A stretch of 64,000 bases of DNA. It comes from Kiritimatiellia bacterium (GTDB lineage: Bacteria > Verrucomicrobiota > Kiritimatiellia > RFP12 > UBA1067). Location of the stretch: NCBI GenBank assembly GCA_017544725.1, contig JAFYDR010000158.1, positions 615 to 64,614 of the forward strand, read 5' to 3'. Made by a program: the position numbers and the translations under genes. Below the pieces are notes generated by a model, which searched no databases, was not told the origin of the DNA, and saw nothing but the letters and a program-made list of their open reading frames with translations. This document shows positions 42,813 to 51,916 of this stretch, piece after piece. The number at the start of each line of letters is the position of its first letter. Within the stretch, counting starts at the first letter, position 1.

Positions 42813-44416
42813 TTCAACGACCTCTTCTTCGTACTCTTTCTCTCATTCTCGGCTTGGATGTCCGCTACGATTTGTTTATACACGATATGCTCAATCTCAG
42901 AACACTTACCGCCGTTGACATGATTCTGCCAACCGCTTCTAGCCCAGTCTGGGAAAACATGCTCCCCGCCCCGGTCACCGATGAGTTTACCGACCAATGC
43001 GCAACATTCCTCCAAGATTTCCTGATCGGAAATCTTTCCCCAGTACGCGACATTATCCCACGGTAGGATCCCATTGCCATGTTCGTTGATGCAACAAAGC
43101 ACCCACGCCAGCATCCGCAACTCCTCCGTTCGCCTCATACGCCCAAACTGCGTTGTGGGAGATGGCTGGGGGTTGTTCTCCAGCTCTTGGATCTTTTTCT
43201 CTAGTTCCTCTTTCTCCTTCTTCAGCCTCTCGATCTCGTTCTGAAGTTTCTTCTTGCTCTTGTTTTCCTCTTCCGGATCCTCTGTCTGATTCTCCAGTTC
43301 CATCAATGTCTCCGCGATCCGGATAAACTCGTCCTTCGCGGTTTGATCCGAAGCCAAATCCGTCAACGCATACCTCCTGAGAAGAGTCACCACGATGGTC
43401 TCCTGCGAACTCAGTTGCTCATTGCAGTTGCGCTTTTTCAAGATGCCCTTGCTCAAATTTTTCAACCAGTTGAACACTTCCGACTCTTCCACGGAAAACT
43501 GTTTGATCCACTCTTGGATCTTCTTCTGATCTCCATCCGCCTTGATCCGACCACGCAGCGCCGTCGGCGAAAACGAAAGCGGATAAGTCCCGTCAATCGA
43601 TCCGTCCAAATGCGCCTGCCCCCTAATCGAAAGATAGTTGTTCAACGCGGCCACGGTGACAATCGCATCGGAATTGGCAATATCGCTTTCAATTTTATGG
43701 TTCGGCTCCCCGCCGCGAAGCCCATTGAGGAGATGTATCGTGTACTCGCCATGCATCTGCCCGTCCGCTCCTTCCCTTTCGCGCGCCTTGTCATCAACGG
43801 ATGTCGCCTGAAAACAGATGTATCCGTCCCCCGCTTTCCGCAAGGCATTTTCGAGTCCCACACGTTCACTCTCATCCGCCCACCCGCGCATCCCGTTTTT
43901 CCCCAACGCTCCAGCGTGGCAGCAATCGATGAACATGACGACCTTCTTGCACGGCAGCATATCGCCGATCAACGTTGAATGGATTTCATGTGCGCTCACG
44001 GCCTTGTTCGTATGCAATTTGCCCTTTTCATTGATCGTCGCATCCTTGGGAAGGATATACCCCACCTTGGAATGATTGTTCACCGCAGTACACAGATAAC
44101 CGTGTCCGGCATAATAAAACCAAAACTCGTTTTCCTCTTGTTCGTTCATCTGATCGCTCAACCGGGCAAACGCCTCGTAGATTTCGTCTCTCGTGGGATC
44201 TTCCAACAAGAGAACCCTTTCCGGTTCAAACATACCGCACTTCGGATCCGTCATCAGATCATACATCGCATGGGCATCGTTGATACACCCCTGCAGTTTG
44301 GGGATTTTACCAGTGTAACCATTGACCCCGATTAAAATGCCAAAACGCCGCACGTCGCCGCACAGCTTTTCCCGCGATCCGGGTAGTACATCGCGAGTTC
44401 CCGTTTTCGATGTCAT
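42809..44416 (-). CDS. Stand-alone caspase-like (C14) peptidase with unknown C-terminal region
   Basis: FGILIGVNGY...CINDAHAM, FWFYYAGHGY (His), VMFIDCCHAG (Cys). Coiled-coil KKLQNEIERLKKEKEELEKKIQELE, then a Cys/Trp-rich ~100-aa tail. ATG at 44416 (AAAGGAAG upstream) is preferred; the in-frame start at 44527 would overlap the upstream gene by 37 nt. Confidence 0.8.
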   Translation of the reverse strand: MTSKTGTRDVLPGSREKLCGDVRRFGILIGVNGYTGKIPKLQGCINDAHAMYDLMTDPKCGMFEPERVLLLEDPTRDEIYEAFARLSDQMNEQEENEFWFYYAGHGYLCTAVNNHSKVGYILPKDATINEKGKLHTNKAVSAHEIHSTLIGDMLPCKKVVMFIDCCHAGALGKNGMRGWADESERVGLENALRKAGDGYICFQATSVDDKAREREGADGQMHGEYTIHLLNGLRGGEPNHKIESDIANSDAIVTVAALNNYLSIRGQAHLDGSIDGTYPLSFSPTALRGRIKADGDQKKIQEWIKQFSVEESEVFNWLKNLSKGILKKRNCNEQLSSQETIVVTLLRRYALTDLASDQTAKDEFIRIAETLMELENQTEDPEEENKSKKKLQNEIERLKKEKEELEKKIQELENNPQPSPTTQFGRMRRTEELRMLAWVLCCINEHGNGILPWDNVAYWGKISDQEILEECCALVGKLIGDRGGEHVFPDWARSGWQNHVNGGKCSEIEHIVYKQIVADIQAENERKSTKKRSLK

Positions 44417-44490
44417 GCTCTGCTTCCTTTCTTTTTCGACAACACAGTTCGCCCGCCCCGAAGGAATCGGGACGGGCAGATTCGCATTCC

Positions 44491-45768
44491 TCACTTGGCT
44501 GTCGGTCGGTAGTTCGGATCCTCGCACCAGCGGATGAAGTTGGTCATTGTCTCCTCCGTGATGGAGGGCGGCACGCGCTTCAACGCAGCGGTGAAATCGC
44601 TATGCTTGAGCGGCCGTAGCTTCACCTCCGTTCCCGCCACTTCCTTCAGGTCTTTCCACTGGGAGAGTTGCGGGTTCATCTCCATCTCCATCGAACGTTT
44701 CGCGACAGAGGTCAAGCTACGCAGGTCACGTCCGGAATAGCCAGCGGTCTGTTTGTCTTCAGCCAGCCAGTCCAGATCGGACTCCTTCTCCAGTTGGTAC
44801 CCCTGTTCGATCAGGAGTTTTCTCAAGATCTCCCGTCGTCCCTTCGCAGCCGGCGCGGCAACCAATACGCGGTTTTCCCCGAACCGGCTGAGTAAAGCAG
44901 GATCCAGCGACCAAGGCGTGTTCGTGGCGGCTACCGTCAGCACGAAACTGGCGTGCGGATCACTGTTCTTCTTCGCCATGCCGTCCATCTCGGAGAGCAT
45001 CACCCCCAGAATCGCCCGGCCAGATGCATCCACTCCCTGACCCCGTGAGGTGCAGAGCGAGTCAATCTCATCCATGAAGACCAGTGCGGGTGAATTCTCA
45101 CGCGCCGTCTCATACAGAAGTGAAATCGCCTTTTCCGTATTCCCCTGATAATGTCCTTTCAGTCCCGCCAAACCAACGTTGTAGAACCGTCCGGTCATCC
45201 CGTCCAAGCAAATCGAGTTCGCCAACGCTGCCGCCAGCATCGTCTTTCCCGTACCGGGAGGACCGACCATCAGGATGTCGCCCGAAGCCTCGCGCTTGAT
45301 CCCTTCGGGGTATTTCACCACCGCTGAGGCCAACGCCTTCTTGAGGTCAGAGATCAGCGCATCTTGACCGCCGATATCGTCCCACGTTACCGAGGAGGTC
45401 TGGGCGAAGCCGTCCACCTGCGCGATCAGCATCTTGCCGATATCGTCATTGGAAAGCTGCGCCCGAATCTTTCCGATCGTCCCGTTCGCGTTCCCCGGCG
45501 TGGATGGATTCGAGGGAGTCTCCCCCGCCCCCCCGGAATGAGGGGCGACAGGAGAAATCCCGCTTTTGCACCGCTTCGCCAGTTCCCGGTTGCGCAGACT
45601 CTCGTCCATCCGAATCCGACGGTCTTCGGGCGAGAATGATTGGCTCGCAGCCGCGAGCCAGATTTCCGAGAGTTCGTTGTAGGCGGCGGCGGCACCGGGA
45701 AGGTCGCCGGCGGCGGAAAGCCGCTCGGCGCGTTCCCTAGTGTTTTTTACATCCTGTATCCAGCTCAT
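44491..45768 (-). CDS. Vps4-like AAA+ ATPase with MIT-like N-terminal helical domain (degenerate pore loop)
   Basis: N-terminus RERAERLSAAGDLPGAAAAYNELSEIWLAAA. Walker A GPPGTGKT, Walker B LVFMDEIDSL, HYQGNTEK in the pore-loop position, ATNTPWSLDPALLSRF, TAGYSGRDL. Confidence 0.75.
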   Translation of the reverse strand: MSWIQDVKNTRERAERLSAAGDLPGAAAAYNELSEIWLAAASQSFSPEDRRIRMDESLRNRELAKRCKSGISPVAPHSGGAGETPSNPSTPGNANGTIGKIRAQLSNDDIGKMLIAQVDGFAQTSSVTWDDIGGQDALISDLKKALASAVVKYPEGIKREASGDILMVGPPGTGKTMLAAALANSICLDGMTGRFYNVGLAGLKGHYQGNTEKAISLLYETARENSPALVFMDEIDSLCTSRGQGVDASGRAILGVMLSEMDGMAKKNSDPHASFVLTVAATNTPWSLDPALLSRFGENRVLVAAPAAKGRREILRKLLIEQGYQLEKESDLDWLAEDKQTAGYSGRDLRSLTSVAKRSMEMEMNPQLSQWKDLKEVAGTEVKLRPLKHSDFTAALKRVPPSITEETMTNFIRWCEDPNYRPTAK

Positions 45769-45791
45769 AACAAAACTTCAGAATCTGGGAA

Positions 45792-46397
45792 TCAGGCCAG
45801 AACCGCCTTCGCCTCGATCTGTTTCCGGATTTCCGCCTTCTTAACGGGATCCGGCTCCGCGTCGAACTTGGCGTACAACTGATCCAGTTCATTCGCAAGG
45901 GAAGCGTGTGATTCCGGCTCTTCACAAGCGAGTGCGGCCCCCATCGCGTCCCCGAGCTTCTTGACGACAGCCAACATCTCCTGGATCTCGTCCTGCATGG
46001 AGTCGATCGACTTCTGCCAATCCACGGTGGATGTCTTTTCATCAACCAGCCCGTTCTCCTTCATCTGCTCCACGATCTGCATCGTGGTCTCCAGCAGCGT
46101 GTAGTACCCGAGCTGAGTGAGGAAATTCGAGGCGAATCCTGCCTCCATCTTCGCGCGTTGCATATCCGCATCGGCCTTGCGAAAGAGGCTTGCGCGTTCA
46201 GCCGGCTTCGTCTCCGCAGCAAACGACAGTTCCCGTTTCTTCAGCGACTCCGCCTCGGCAGTGATCGCCGCCTTTTTATGCTTCTCGACCATCCGCCGAA
46301 TATCGGGGATCTTCTTGTGTACATCCGACAACTTCAACTGCGCCGGCCTGATACCCGCCAAAACCGCCACTTTTTCTATCAAACTCTCATCGCTCAT
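45792..46397 (-). CDS. All-helical ESCRT-III/Snf7-like protein (201 aa)
   Basis: No TM and predicted long helices. Basic N-half and acidic C-half (SIDSMQDEIQEMLAVVKKLGDAMG...ANELDQLYAKFDAEPD). GGGAGGA RBS; sandwiched between Vps4-like genes. Confidence 0.45.
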   Translation of the reverse strand: MSDESLIEKVAVLAGIRPAQLKLSDVHKKIPDIRRMVEKHKKAAITAEAESLKKRELSFAAETKPAERASLFRKADADMQRAKMEAGFASNFLTQLGYYTLLETTMQIVEQMKENGLVDEKTSTVDWQKSIDSMQDEIQEMLAVVKKLGDAMGAALACEEPESHASLANELDQLYAKFDAEPDPVKKAEIRKQIEAKAVLA

Positions 46398-46414
46398 GGT
46401 ATTCCTCCCTTTTG

Positions 46415-47074
46415 TTATGCGATTGACGCGATCCCCATCTGCTTATCGACTTCCGCCTTCTTCTGCTCGATCCGGCGCTTCACCTCTTCCACCGCCGTCG
46501 TGTCGTTCAACGCCAGTTTGGTGTTGTACTCGTCGTACAGGGCGTTGAGGTCATTCATCAGCTTCTCGATTTCCTGATCCCCGTTTTCCGTGGCAATCGC
46601 CGTCGGCACGGAATTCAGCGATTCGATCATATCGTTCAGGACAGTTCTCTTGTCCTCCAGCACATCCGTCATCGTATAAATCTGGCGGATCATCCCTTCC
46701 ACCGTCATCCCCTTCGGCAGCTGCTGGACTTCCATCATGTCATTGTAGAAGTCCTTCAGCATTTTCAGCTGTTCGACAAGCCCGCCCATCTTGGTAAGCA
46801 TCCCGCTCGCCGAGGTAAGGGTTTTGATCCGCTTGGCGATGATCGCTCCCTCCTGGAGCGACAGTTTCCGGGCGATCGGAGAACGCCCTGCGTTCGCCTC
46901 GATCGAAACCGCGTTGTAATAATCCCCCTCCGCCTTCTTGATTTCGCGATCCCACTGATCGCGCATCCGGTTCGTCGCACGGATTTTCTGCTCCATCGCA
47001 GCGATATCCAGCTTATCCAGCGACTGATCCTTCAACCCAATTACCCAACCAAACGCATCCCGCATAATGCTCAT
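46415..47074 (-). CDS. All-helical ESCRT-III/Snf7-like protein (219 aa)
   Basis: ATG at 47074 after GGAGAA (the track start 47140 is unlikely). The pattern ...GAIIAKRIKTLTSASGMLTKMGGLVEQLKMLKDFYNDMMEV...MTVEGMIRQIYTMTDVLEDKRTVLNDMIESLN...DQEIEKLMNDLNALYDEY follows the Snf7 helix order as I remember it. Confidence 0.5.
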   Translation of the reverse strand: MSIMRDAFGWVIGLKDQSLDKLDIAAMEQKIRATNRMRDQWDREIKKAEGDYYNAVSIEANAGRSPIARKLSLQEGAIIAKRIKTLTSASGMLTKMGGLVEQLKMLKDFYNDMMEVQQLPKGMTVEGMIRQIYTMTDVLEDKRTVLNDMIESLNSVPTAIATENGDQEIEKLMNDLNALYDEYNTKLALNDTTAVEEVKRRIEQKKAEVDKQMGIASIA

Positions 47075-47187
47075 GTTTTTCTCCTTTTCGTGTGGCGGCA
47101 TCACGCCGCCGGTTTTACATCGTCTGTTGGCGAGAACCATTCCCGCCCCACAATCCTTGACGAAAAACCCACAAAACTTTTTGCAAA

Positions 47188-48423
47188 TTATTCGTCAAAA
47201 TCTTCATCGCGTCCGCCCGACGCCGCTTTCCCATCCAGCGAGAACTCCAGATTCCGCTTGACGATCTCCGGATCCTTGATGGATACCGGTATGATTTTCC
47301 TCAACGCCTCCAGAAAATCGACACGGGTCACCGGCTCCACGCGCTTCCATTCCGGATCGTCTGGAGAACGCCCCTCGCGCCGCTGAATCCACCGGCGGGA
47401 GGCGTTGGCGCGCGCTTCGTGGCAGATGCCGCCGCCATCCCCGTGGTTCAGCTCGGCCCCGCTGAATCCCGCTGTCTTTTCGACCAGTTCGTCGATGTTG
47501 ACATCGTCAGCCAGCGGTACGTCCTGCAACGCGGACTCGATGATGCAACGCCGCGTTTCCGCATCGGGCAACCCGACATGCGCCGCCGCGCCGATACGCC
47601 CGCTACGCAGTACCGCACTGTCGATCAGCCACGGCCGGTTCGTCGCCAGCAACAGAAAGATCTGCGAATTGCGATTGGTATCAAACCCGTCCAGCTCCGC
47701 CAGAAACGCCTCCACGATGTTGACCTTCTGGTTCCCGCGTTTCCGCAGGAGGGACTCGCATTCGTCCAGGAAGACGACGCATTGCTTGTGTTGGTACGCC
47801 TCCTCGAAGAGGCGCGACACGTTTTTCTCGCTCTCCCCGACGTACTTGTCCTTCAGATCGCTCATCTTTTTGTAGATGAAGGGCAACCCTAATTCACCCG
47901 CGATCGCCCGCGCAAACATCGTCTTCCCGGTACCTGGAGGACCATACAATAGCAGACCTTTCCCGCCCTTGATCTTCAAAGTCCGATAGATATCAGGGTG
48001 TTTCACTGGATTGACCAGAGATTCCATCACTACCTGCTTGGCATCCTCCAGCCCCTTCACGTCCGCAAGCCGTAACGTCTGCTGCGTCTTTCCGGCGGCA
48101 GCATCCCCCGAATCTGCCGGAGTGGACGGGCCATCGTCGGCATGAATCGCCTGTTTCGAGTCATCCCCGGAGGACTTCTTGTCCCAGACGGGCGCATGCT
48201 TGACCCGCCCAGCTGCCGTACGCTCAATCTCCTGCCATTTGGCACGCAACGACTCCCAGCGCGGAAACGAGCTCGTCTCTACCAGTCCGGACACTAAAAT
48301 CGCCCCGTAGATTTTGACCAGACTCTCCGCCTCACGCTGGAGAGTCTTCCAGTCCCCCGAAAGCGCAGCTTTCTCGGCGATGGCCTTATGTTCGGCCTCC
48401 TGCCTCAAAAACACGTCAATCAT
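47188..48423 (-). CDS. Vps4-like AAA+ ATPase with MIT-like N-terminal helical domain (canonical pore loop)
   Basis: N-terminus EHKAIAEKAALSGDWKTLQREAESLVKIYGAIL. GLLLYGPPGTGKT, DKYVGESEKNVSRLFEEA, VVFLDECESL, ATNRPWLIDSAVLRSGRI, TAGFSGAEL. Confidence 0.8.
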   Translation of the reverse strand: MIDVFLRQEAEHKAIAEKAALSGDWKTLQREAESLVKIYGAILVSGLVETSSFPRWESLRAKWQEIERTAAGRVKHAPVWDKKSSGDDSKQAIHADDGPSTPADSGDAAAGKTQQTLRLADVKGLEDAKQVVMESLVNPVKHPDIYRTLKIKGGKGLLLYGPPGTGKTMFARAIAGELGLPFIYKKMSDLKDKYVGESEKNVSRLFEEAYQHKQCVVFLDECESLLRKRGNQKVNIVEAFLAELDGFDTNRNSQIFLLLATNRPWLIDSAVLRSGRIGAAAHVGLPDAETRRCIIESALQDVPLADDVNIDELVEKTAGFSGAELNHGDGGGICHEARANASRRWIQRREGRSPDDPEWKRVEPVTRVDFLEALRKIIPVSIKDPEIVKRNLEFSLDGKAASGGRDEDFDE

Positions 48424-49034
48424 AGTACCTTCTTCACTCCGTTCAAGACCTGCGTGATGACCTCTTCCGTCAGCGAATCTTTCGAATCCGCCATCTGATC
48501 AATCATTTTGTCGAGGGAATCACCCTGCAAACCGGCACTTTCGAGGTCGGAAGAGGCTATGTCATTCCAAGACGACTCAAAGTTGTCCAGCATGTGATCC
48601 ATCATTTCCTCGGCATTTTTCGCATTCATCATGCCCTTCTCGAACTCTGCCTGGGCCATTGTTGCGTCATCAAAGGAGAACGTGGTACTCATCATCTTCC
48701 CGATGTCCTGCATGGCACCGCAGAAATCGCGGTAGGCTTCCATTTGGTCAGACATCGTAGAGGCCAGCCGCAGAAAGTTCAGGGCACGCTGCGCCCGCTT
48801 GCGGAAAACAAACGTTCGCGCCAACGCCTTTTTCACCTGATTGTAGTTCGCCCCATCACCCGTCCGCTTGGCGTTCGTCGCCTGCTGCAGGTACTGCTTG
48901 ATGAAATTGTCTTGTTTCTTGACCTCCTGATCGAAACGACGCAGTGCACCGTTGATGCGGATCTTCCGCTCCATCGCCACCTTCGCCGGATCCGGAAACA
49001 GGAACGGGAAACATTTGGAGAAAAAACCAGCCAT
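48420..49034 (-). CDS. ESCRT-III (CHMP/Vps2-like layout) protein, 204 aa
   Basis: MAGFFSKCFPFLF N-terminal hydrophobic stub. Basic helical hairpin (RRFDQEVKKQDNFIKQYLQQATNAKRTGD...KKALARTFVFRKRAQRALNFLR). ...MQDIGKMMSTT...AQAEFEKGMMNAKNAEEMMDHMLDNF..., then an acidic tail DSLDKMIDQMADSKDSLTEEVITQVL. ATGA overlap with the AAA gene. Confidence 0.6.
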   Translation of the reverse strand: MAGFFSKCFPFLFPDPAKVAMERKIRINGALRRFDQEVKKQDNFIKQYLQQATNAKRTGDGANYNQVKKALARTFVFRKRAQRALNFLRLASTMSDQMEAYRDFCGAMQDIGKMMSTTFSFDDATMAQAEFEKGMMNAKNAEEMMDHMLDNFESSWNDIASSDLESAGLQGDSLDKMIDQMADSKDSLTEEVITQVLNGVKKVL

Positions 49035-49085
49035 AACAAAAAAACCTTTCTTGATTGTTTAGTCTATCATTTTTCCGGTACGCCG

Positions 49086-49982
49086 TCAACCTCGCGACGA
49101 ACAATACGAAGCGAGATAGTTGCTTACCGCCAACAAGTACCAAATGATGAGTACACCCCAGAGGCACAGCATCATCGCCTCAATGACATTCGTCGGAGTA
49201 CCCCAGATCGCCCACTCGAACGCGAACAGAATGAGGATGTAAATCAAGACCATCCACGCATTCAGGCGGGAAGACTGCTTGCGAATCACCGTAATCGTGA
49301 TGGGCAACATCAAAAACGGGAACAGTAAAACGCCCAGAATCGCACACAGCAAGCGCATCGCGAACGGATACGACTTGGTGACATACCCTACCTGATTCAA
49401 CAGCTGAGATGTTTTCTCATGCGTGTAGTTCGCGATGACCGTCTTGGGAGGGAGATTTTGCCGACTATAGAACGTACAGGTCAAACGTCCCTGCGCCGTT
49501 GTCTCGTTCTCCGTGTAATCCGTCCCGTCAAAATGAACCACCAGCAAGGTATCCGCATCCATCTTCTGGCGAATCGAGTCGATTTTGTCAATCGTCAATG
49601 GAGACATCGTCTGTCCCACGCCAATCGTTTTGCCGATACGCTTCAACACGTGATCCGGGAGAATATCGAACCGCCGACTCCTGTCCGGACCGAACTCCGC
49701 CACCTTCCGTCGGATCGCATCCTGAAAATAGTCCCAACTGTCACTATCCGAAACCATAAGTACACGCCCGACCCCGTCCCGACTCCACGGAAACTGCTCC
49801 ACCGCCTGCTGCACCAAGTTCTCCGCAACATTCCTTTGAATCGGGGAAAGCTGGTATTTCGCAGGTTCCAGCCGATGCAGGAAATAAAAGCATGTGCAGC
49901 TCAGAAAAACGATCGAAAGCAGTTTCCTGCCGCCACGAGAACAAAACACATAAATTGGAATCGCCCAAAGGAACTTCGTCAT
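49086..49982 (-). CDS. Polytopic membrane protein, unknown (first gene of the ESCRT-like block)
   Basis: 298 aa. An N-terminal TM, a ~170-aa soluble domain, then 3-4 C-terminal TM helices (LLCAILGVLLFPFLMLPITITVI; WMVLIYILILFAFEWAIW; MMLCLWGVLIIWYLLAV). Confidence 0.55.
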   Translation of the reverse strand: MTKFLWAIPIYVFCSRGGRKLLSIVFLSCTCFYFLHRLEPAKYQLSPIQRNVAENLVQQAVEQFPWSRDGVGRVLMVSDSDSWDYFQDAIRRKVAEFGPDRSRRFDILPDHVLKRIGKTIGVGQTMSPLTIDKIDSIRQKMDADTLLVVHFDGTDYTENETTAQGRLTCTFYSRQNLPPKTVIANYTHEKTSQLLNQVGYVTKSYPFAMRLLCAILGVLLFPFLMLPITITVIRKQSSRLNAWMVLIYILILFAFEWAIWGTPTNVIEAMMLCLWGVLIIWYLLAVSNYLASYCSSRG

Positions 49983-50153
49983 CTTCTTACCCCTTTCCTA
50001 CAACGCTATACGGGAAAACCATCATCCCTTTTGCAAAAAATCATTCGATATTATTTTTTCTGCCGACATCTGTTGCCCCGCTCGAGTTTTTCTAAAATTT
50101 CTGGCTTCCAGTACTTCTATCCATTCTAGAGGGGCTGGAAAACTGACTCCTTC

Positions 50154-51866
50154 TCAACTACCACACGGTTCCGCAGAACAGCAGAGACGGAAACCGATAC
50201 CGCAACTCCTGTGCAACGGTCCATCTTTGCTTCGGCTCGCGGAACGACAAGACGGAAAAGGGCTACGCCAGCACCCACCACGTTGCACACGATAAGAGCC
50301 TGTGGCTGGGCCAATCGGATCGGTCGCATCCCCCGACAGATACTTGCCGTACCAATCTGCGCACCACTCCCACACATTTCCGTGCATATCGCATAGTCCC
50401 CAGGCATTCGGCTTCTTTTGCCCAACAAGGTACGTCTTTCTAAAAAGGCTTCCAATAGGTCCCATACTTCCCCACCAGCCCATCTGACCCAATTTTCCCG
50501 TTCCACCGTATGGACCAGTCGTTCCCGCCCGGCAGGCGTACTCCCACTCAGCCTCCGTCGGCAGACGCACAGCGCAATGTAACTCCGTGTTCACCTTTTT
50601 GAGAAACTCCTGGCAATCCTTCCACGAAATCTGCTCGACGGGTAATGCGTCATTACCGGTAAACTTCGACGGATTGTTCCCCATCACACTCTTCCACTGC
50701 CCCTGCGTGACAGGATACTTACCCAACCAGAACCCCTTCGTCAATATCACACGGTGATAGGTCTCGTCACCGCTACGTCCCACCTCTCCGTTCTCACTGC
50801 CCATCCAGAACGTTCCGGGGGGACAGTAAACCAGCTCCAACTTGGCACCACCGGGAAGCATAAGCGTCTTTACAGTGCCAGCTGTCGGATAGGATGCGGG
50901 AGACGAGGACGTTGCCCCTCCCGACAACGGTATATCTGACTGCGATACGCGCATTTTCTCGGCGCAGTCAGAACAACAATTGGCGGATTGATCGTAGTGG
51001 TTCTTGCAGAGGTAGTCTCGACCACAGATGCGGCAACGGAAGGTTGCGTCTTCTTCGTTACGCGAACCGCACAACGGACAAGTCACGGTCGCGAGAGACA
51101 CGTCGTTGGAGACCATCTGATCATCCCCTTCGATCAGAACGATACGTGGCCAATCAACCGTTTTTTCGCTTTCGGGCTTTTGTCCTGTGTAACAACTATT
51201 CGCCCGCGCCGCCTCCCCCATCCGCTCGTAAACTTGTTTGAGGAACGAGTTTCCAAAGACAAGTTCCTGTTTCTTGTCTCGGCAGTGCGTCATCACGCGG
51301 TCAATCGCGTAGGTAAAGATTCCGTGCCCCAGTGACTCCAGTTCCAGGGCACTCTGTCCCGAACCGCAGGAACGCCAAACCGCATACGTGCCACCTCCGC
51401 GATTCCCCATCATCGCGGACATCGGAACAAGGTCGCGAGGTTTCGCCTTTCCGCGCTGTCCGGAAAAGAAATTCGAGCGACAAGCGTCCAGAATGAAGAT
51501 GCTGTTCTGTCCATTCCGCAACGTTATATCGCGCAACATAGAGAAGGGAATCCCTGCCCGATTGTACTGGAGATTCGCATACTTGTCATCCTTGCAAAAC
51601 AACAATTCGTCGCCCCCGCCCGGACTCATGAACCCATGTCCTGCGAAATAAAAGACAAAGAGATCCCCTGTTCCCAGTCCGGCGGTCATCGCCTCAACCC
51701 ACTTTTCCACATCCCCTCGCGCTGGGTCCGGCAACAGTTTTGTCTCAAAGCCGCAAAACTTGAACTGCGCCTGTATCTCTGACGCATCGCCTACCGCATA
51801 ACGCAGATTCTCGATCTGTGCGTCCTGATACTCATTTACCCCCACAAATAATGCCTTACGCTTCAT
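50154..51866 (-). CDS. Caspase-zinc ribbon-FGS protein, paralog 4 (shortest linker)
   Basis: MKRKALFVGVNEYQD, FYFAGHGF, FILDACRS, CPLCG...CRICG...CSDC. FGS motifs RVILTKGFWLGKYPVTQGQW, RLPTEAEWEYACRAGT, GLCDMHGNVWEWCADWY, QRGGCW. Confidence 0.85.
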   Translation of the reverse strand: MKRKALFVGVNEYQDAQIENLRYAVGDASEIQAQFKFCGFETKLLPDPARGDVEKWVEAMTAGLGTGDLFVFYFAGHGFMSPGGGDELLFCKDDKYANLQYNRAGIPFSMLRDITLRNGQNSIFILDACRSNFFSGQRGKAKPRDLVPMSAMMGNRGGGTYAVWRSCGSGQSALELESLGHGIFTYAIDRVMTHCRDKKQELVFGNSFLKQVYERMGEAARANSCYTGQKPESEKTVDWPRIVLIEGDDQMVSNDVSLATVTCPLCGSRNEEDATFRCRICGRDYLCKNHYDQSANCCSDCAEKMRVSQSDIPLSGGATSSSPASYPTAGTVKTLMLPGGAKLELVYCPPGTFWMGSENGEVGRSGDETYHRVILTKGFWLGKYPVTQGQWKSVMGNNPSKFTGNDALPVEQISWKDCQEFLKKVNTELHCAVRLPTEAEWEYACRAGTTGPYGGTGKLGQMGWWGSMGPIGSLFRKTYLVGQKKPNAWGLCDMHGNVWEWCADWYGKYLSGDATDPIGPATGSYRVQRGGCWRSPFPSCRSASRSKDGPLHRSCGIGFRLCCSAEPCGS

Positions 51867-51916
51867 TTCGTTTCCTCATTCAGCCGTCTGCCAATTCGTC
51901 GTATTCCCTCAGCCGA

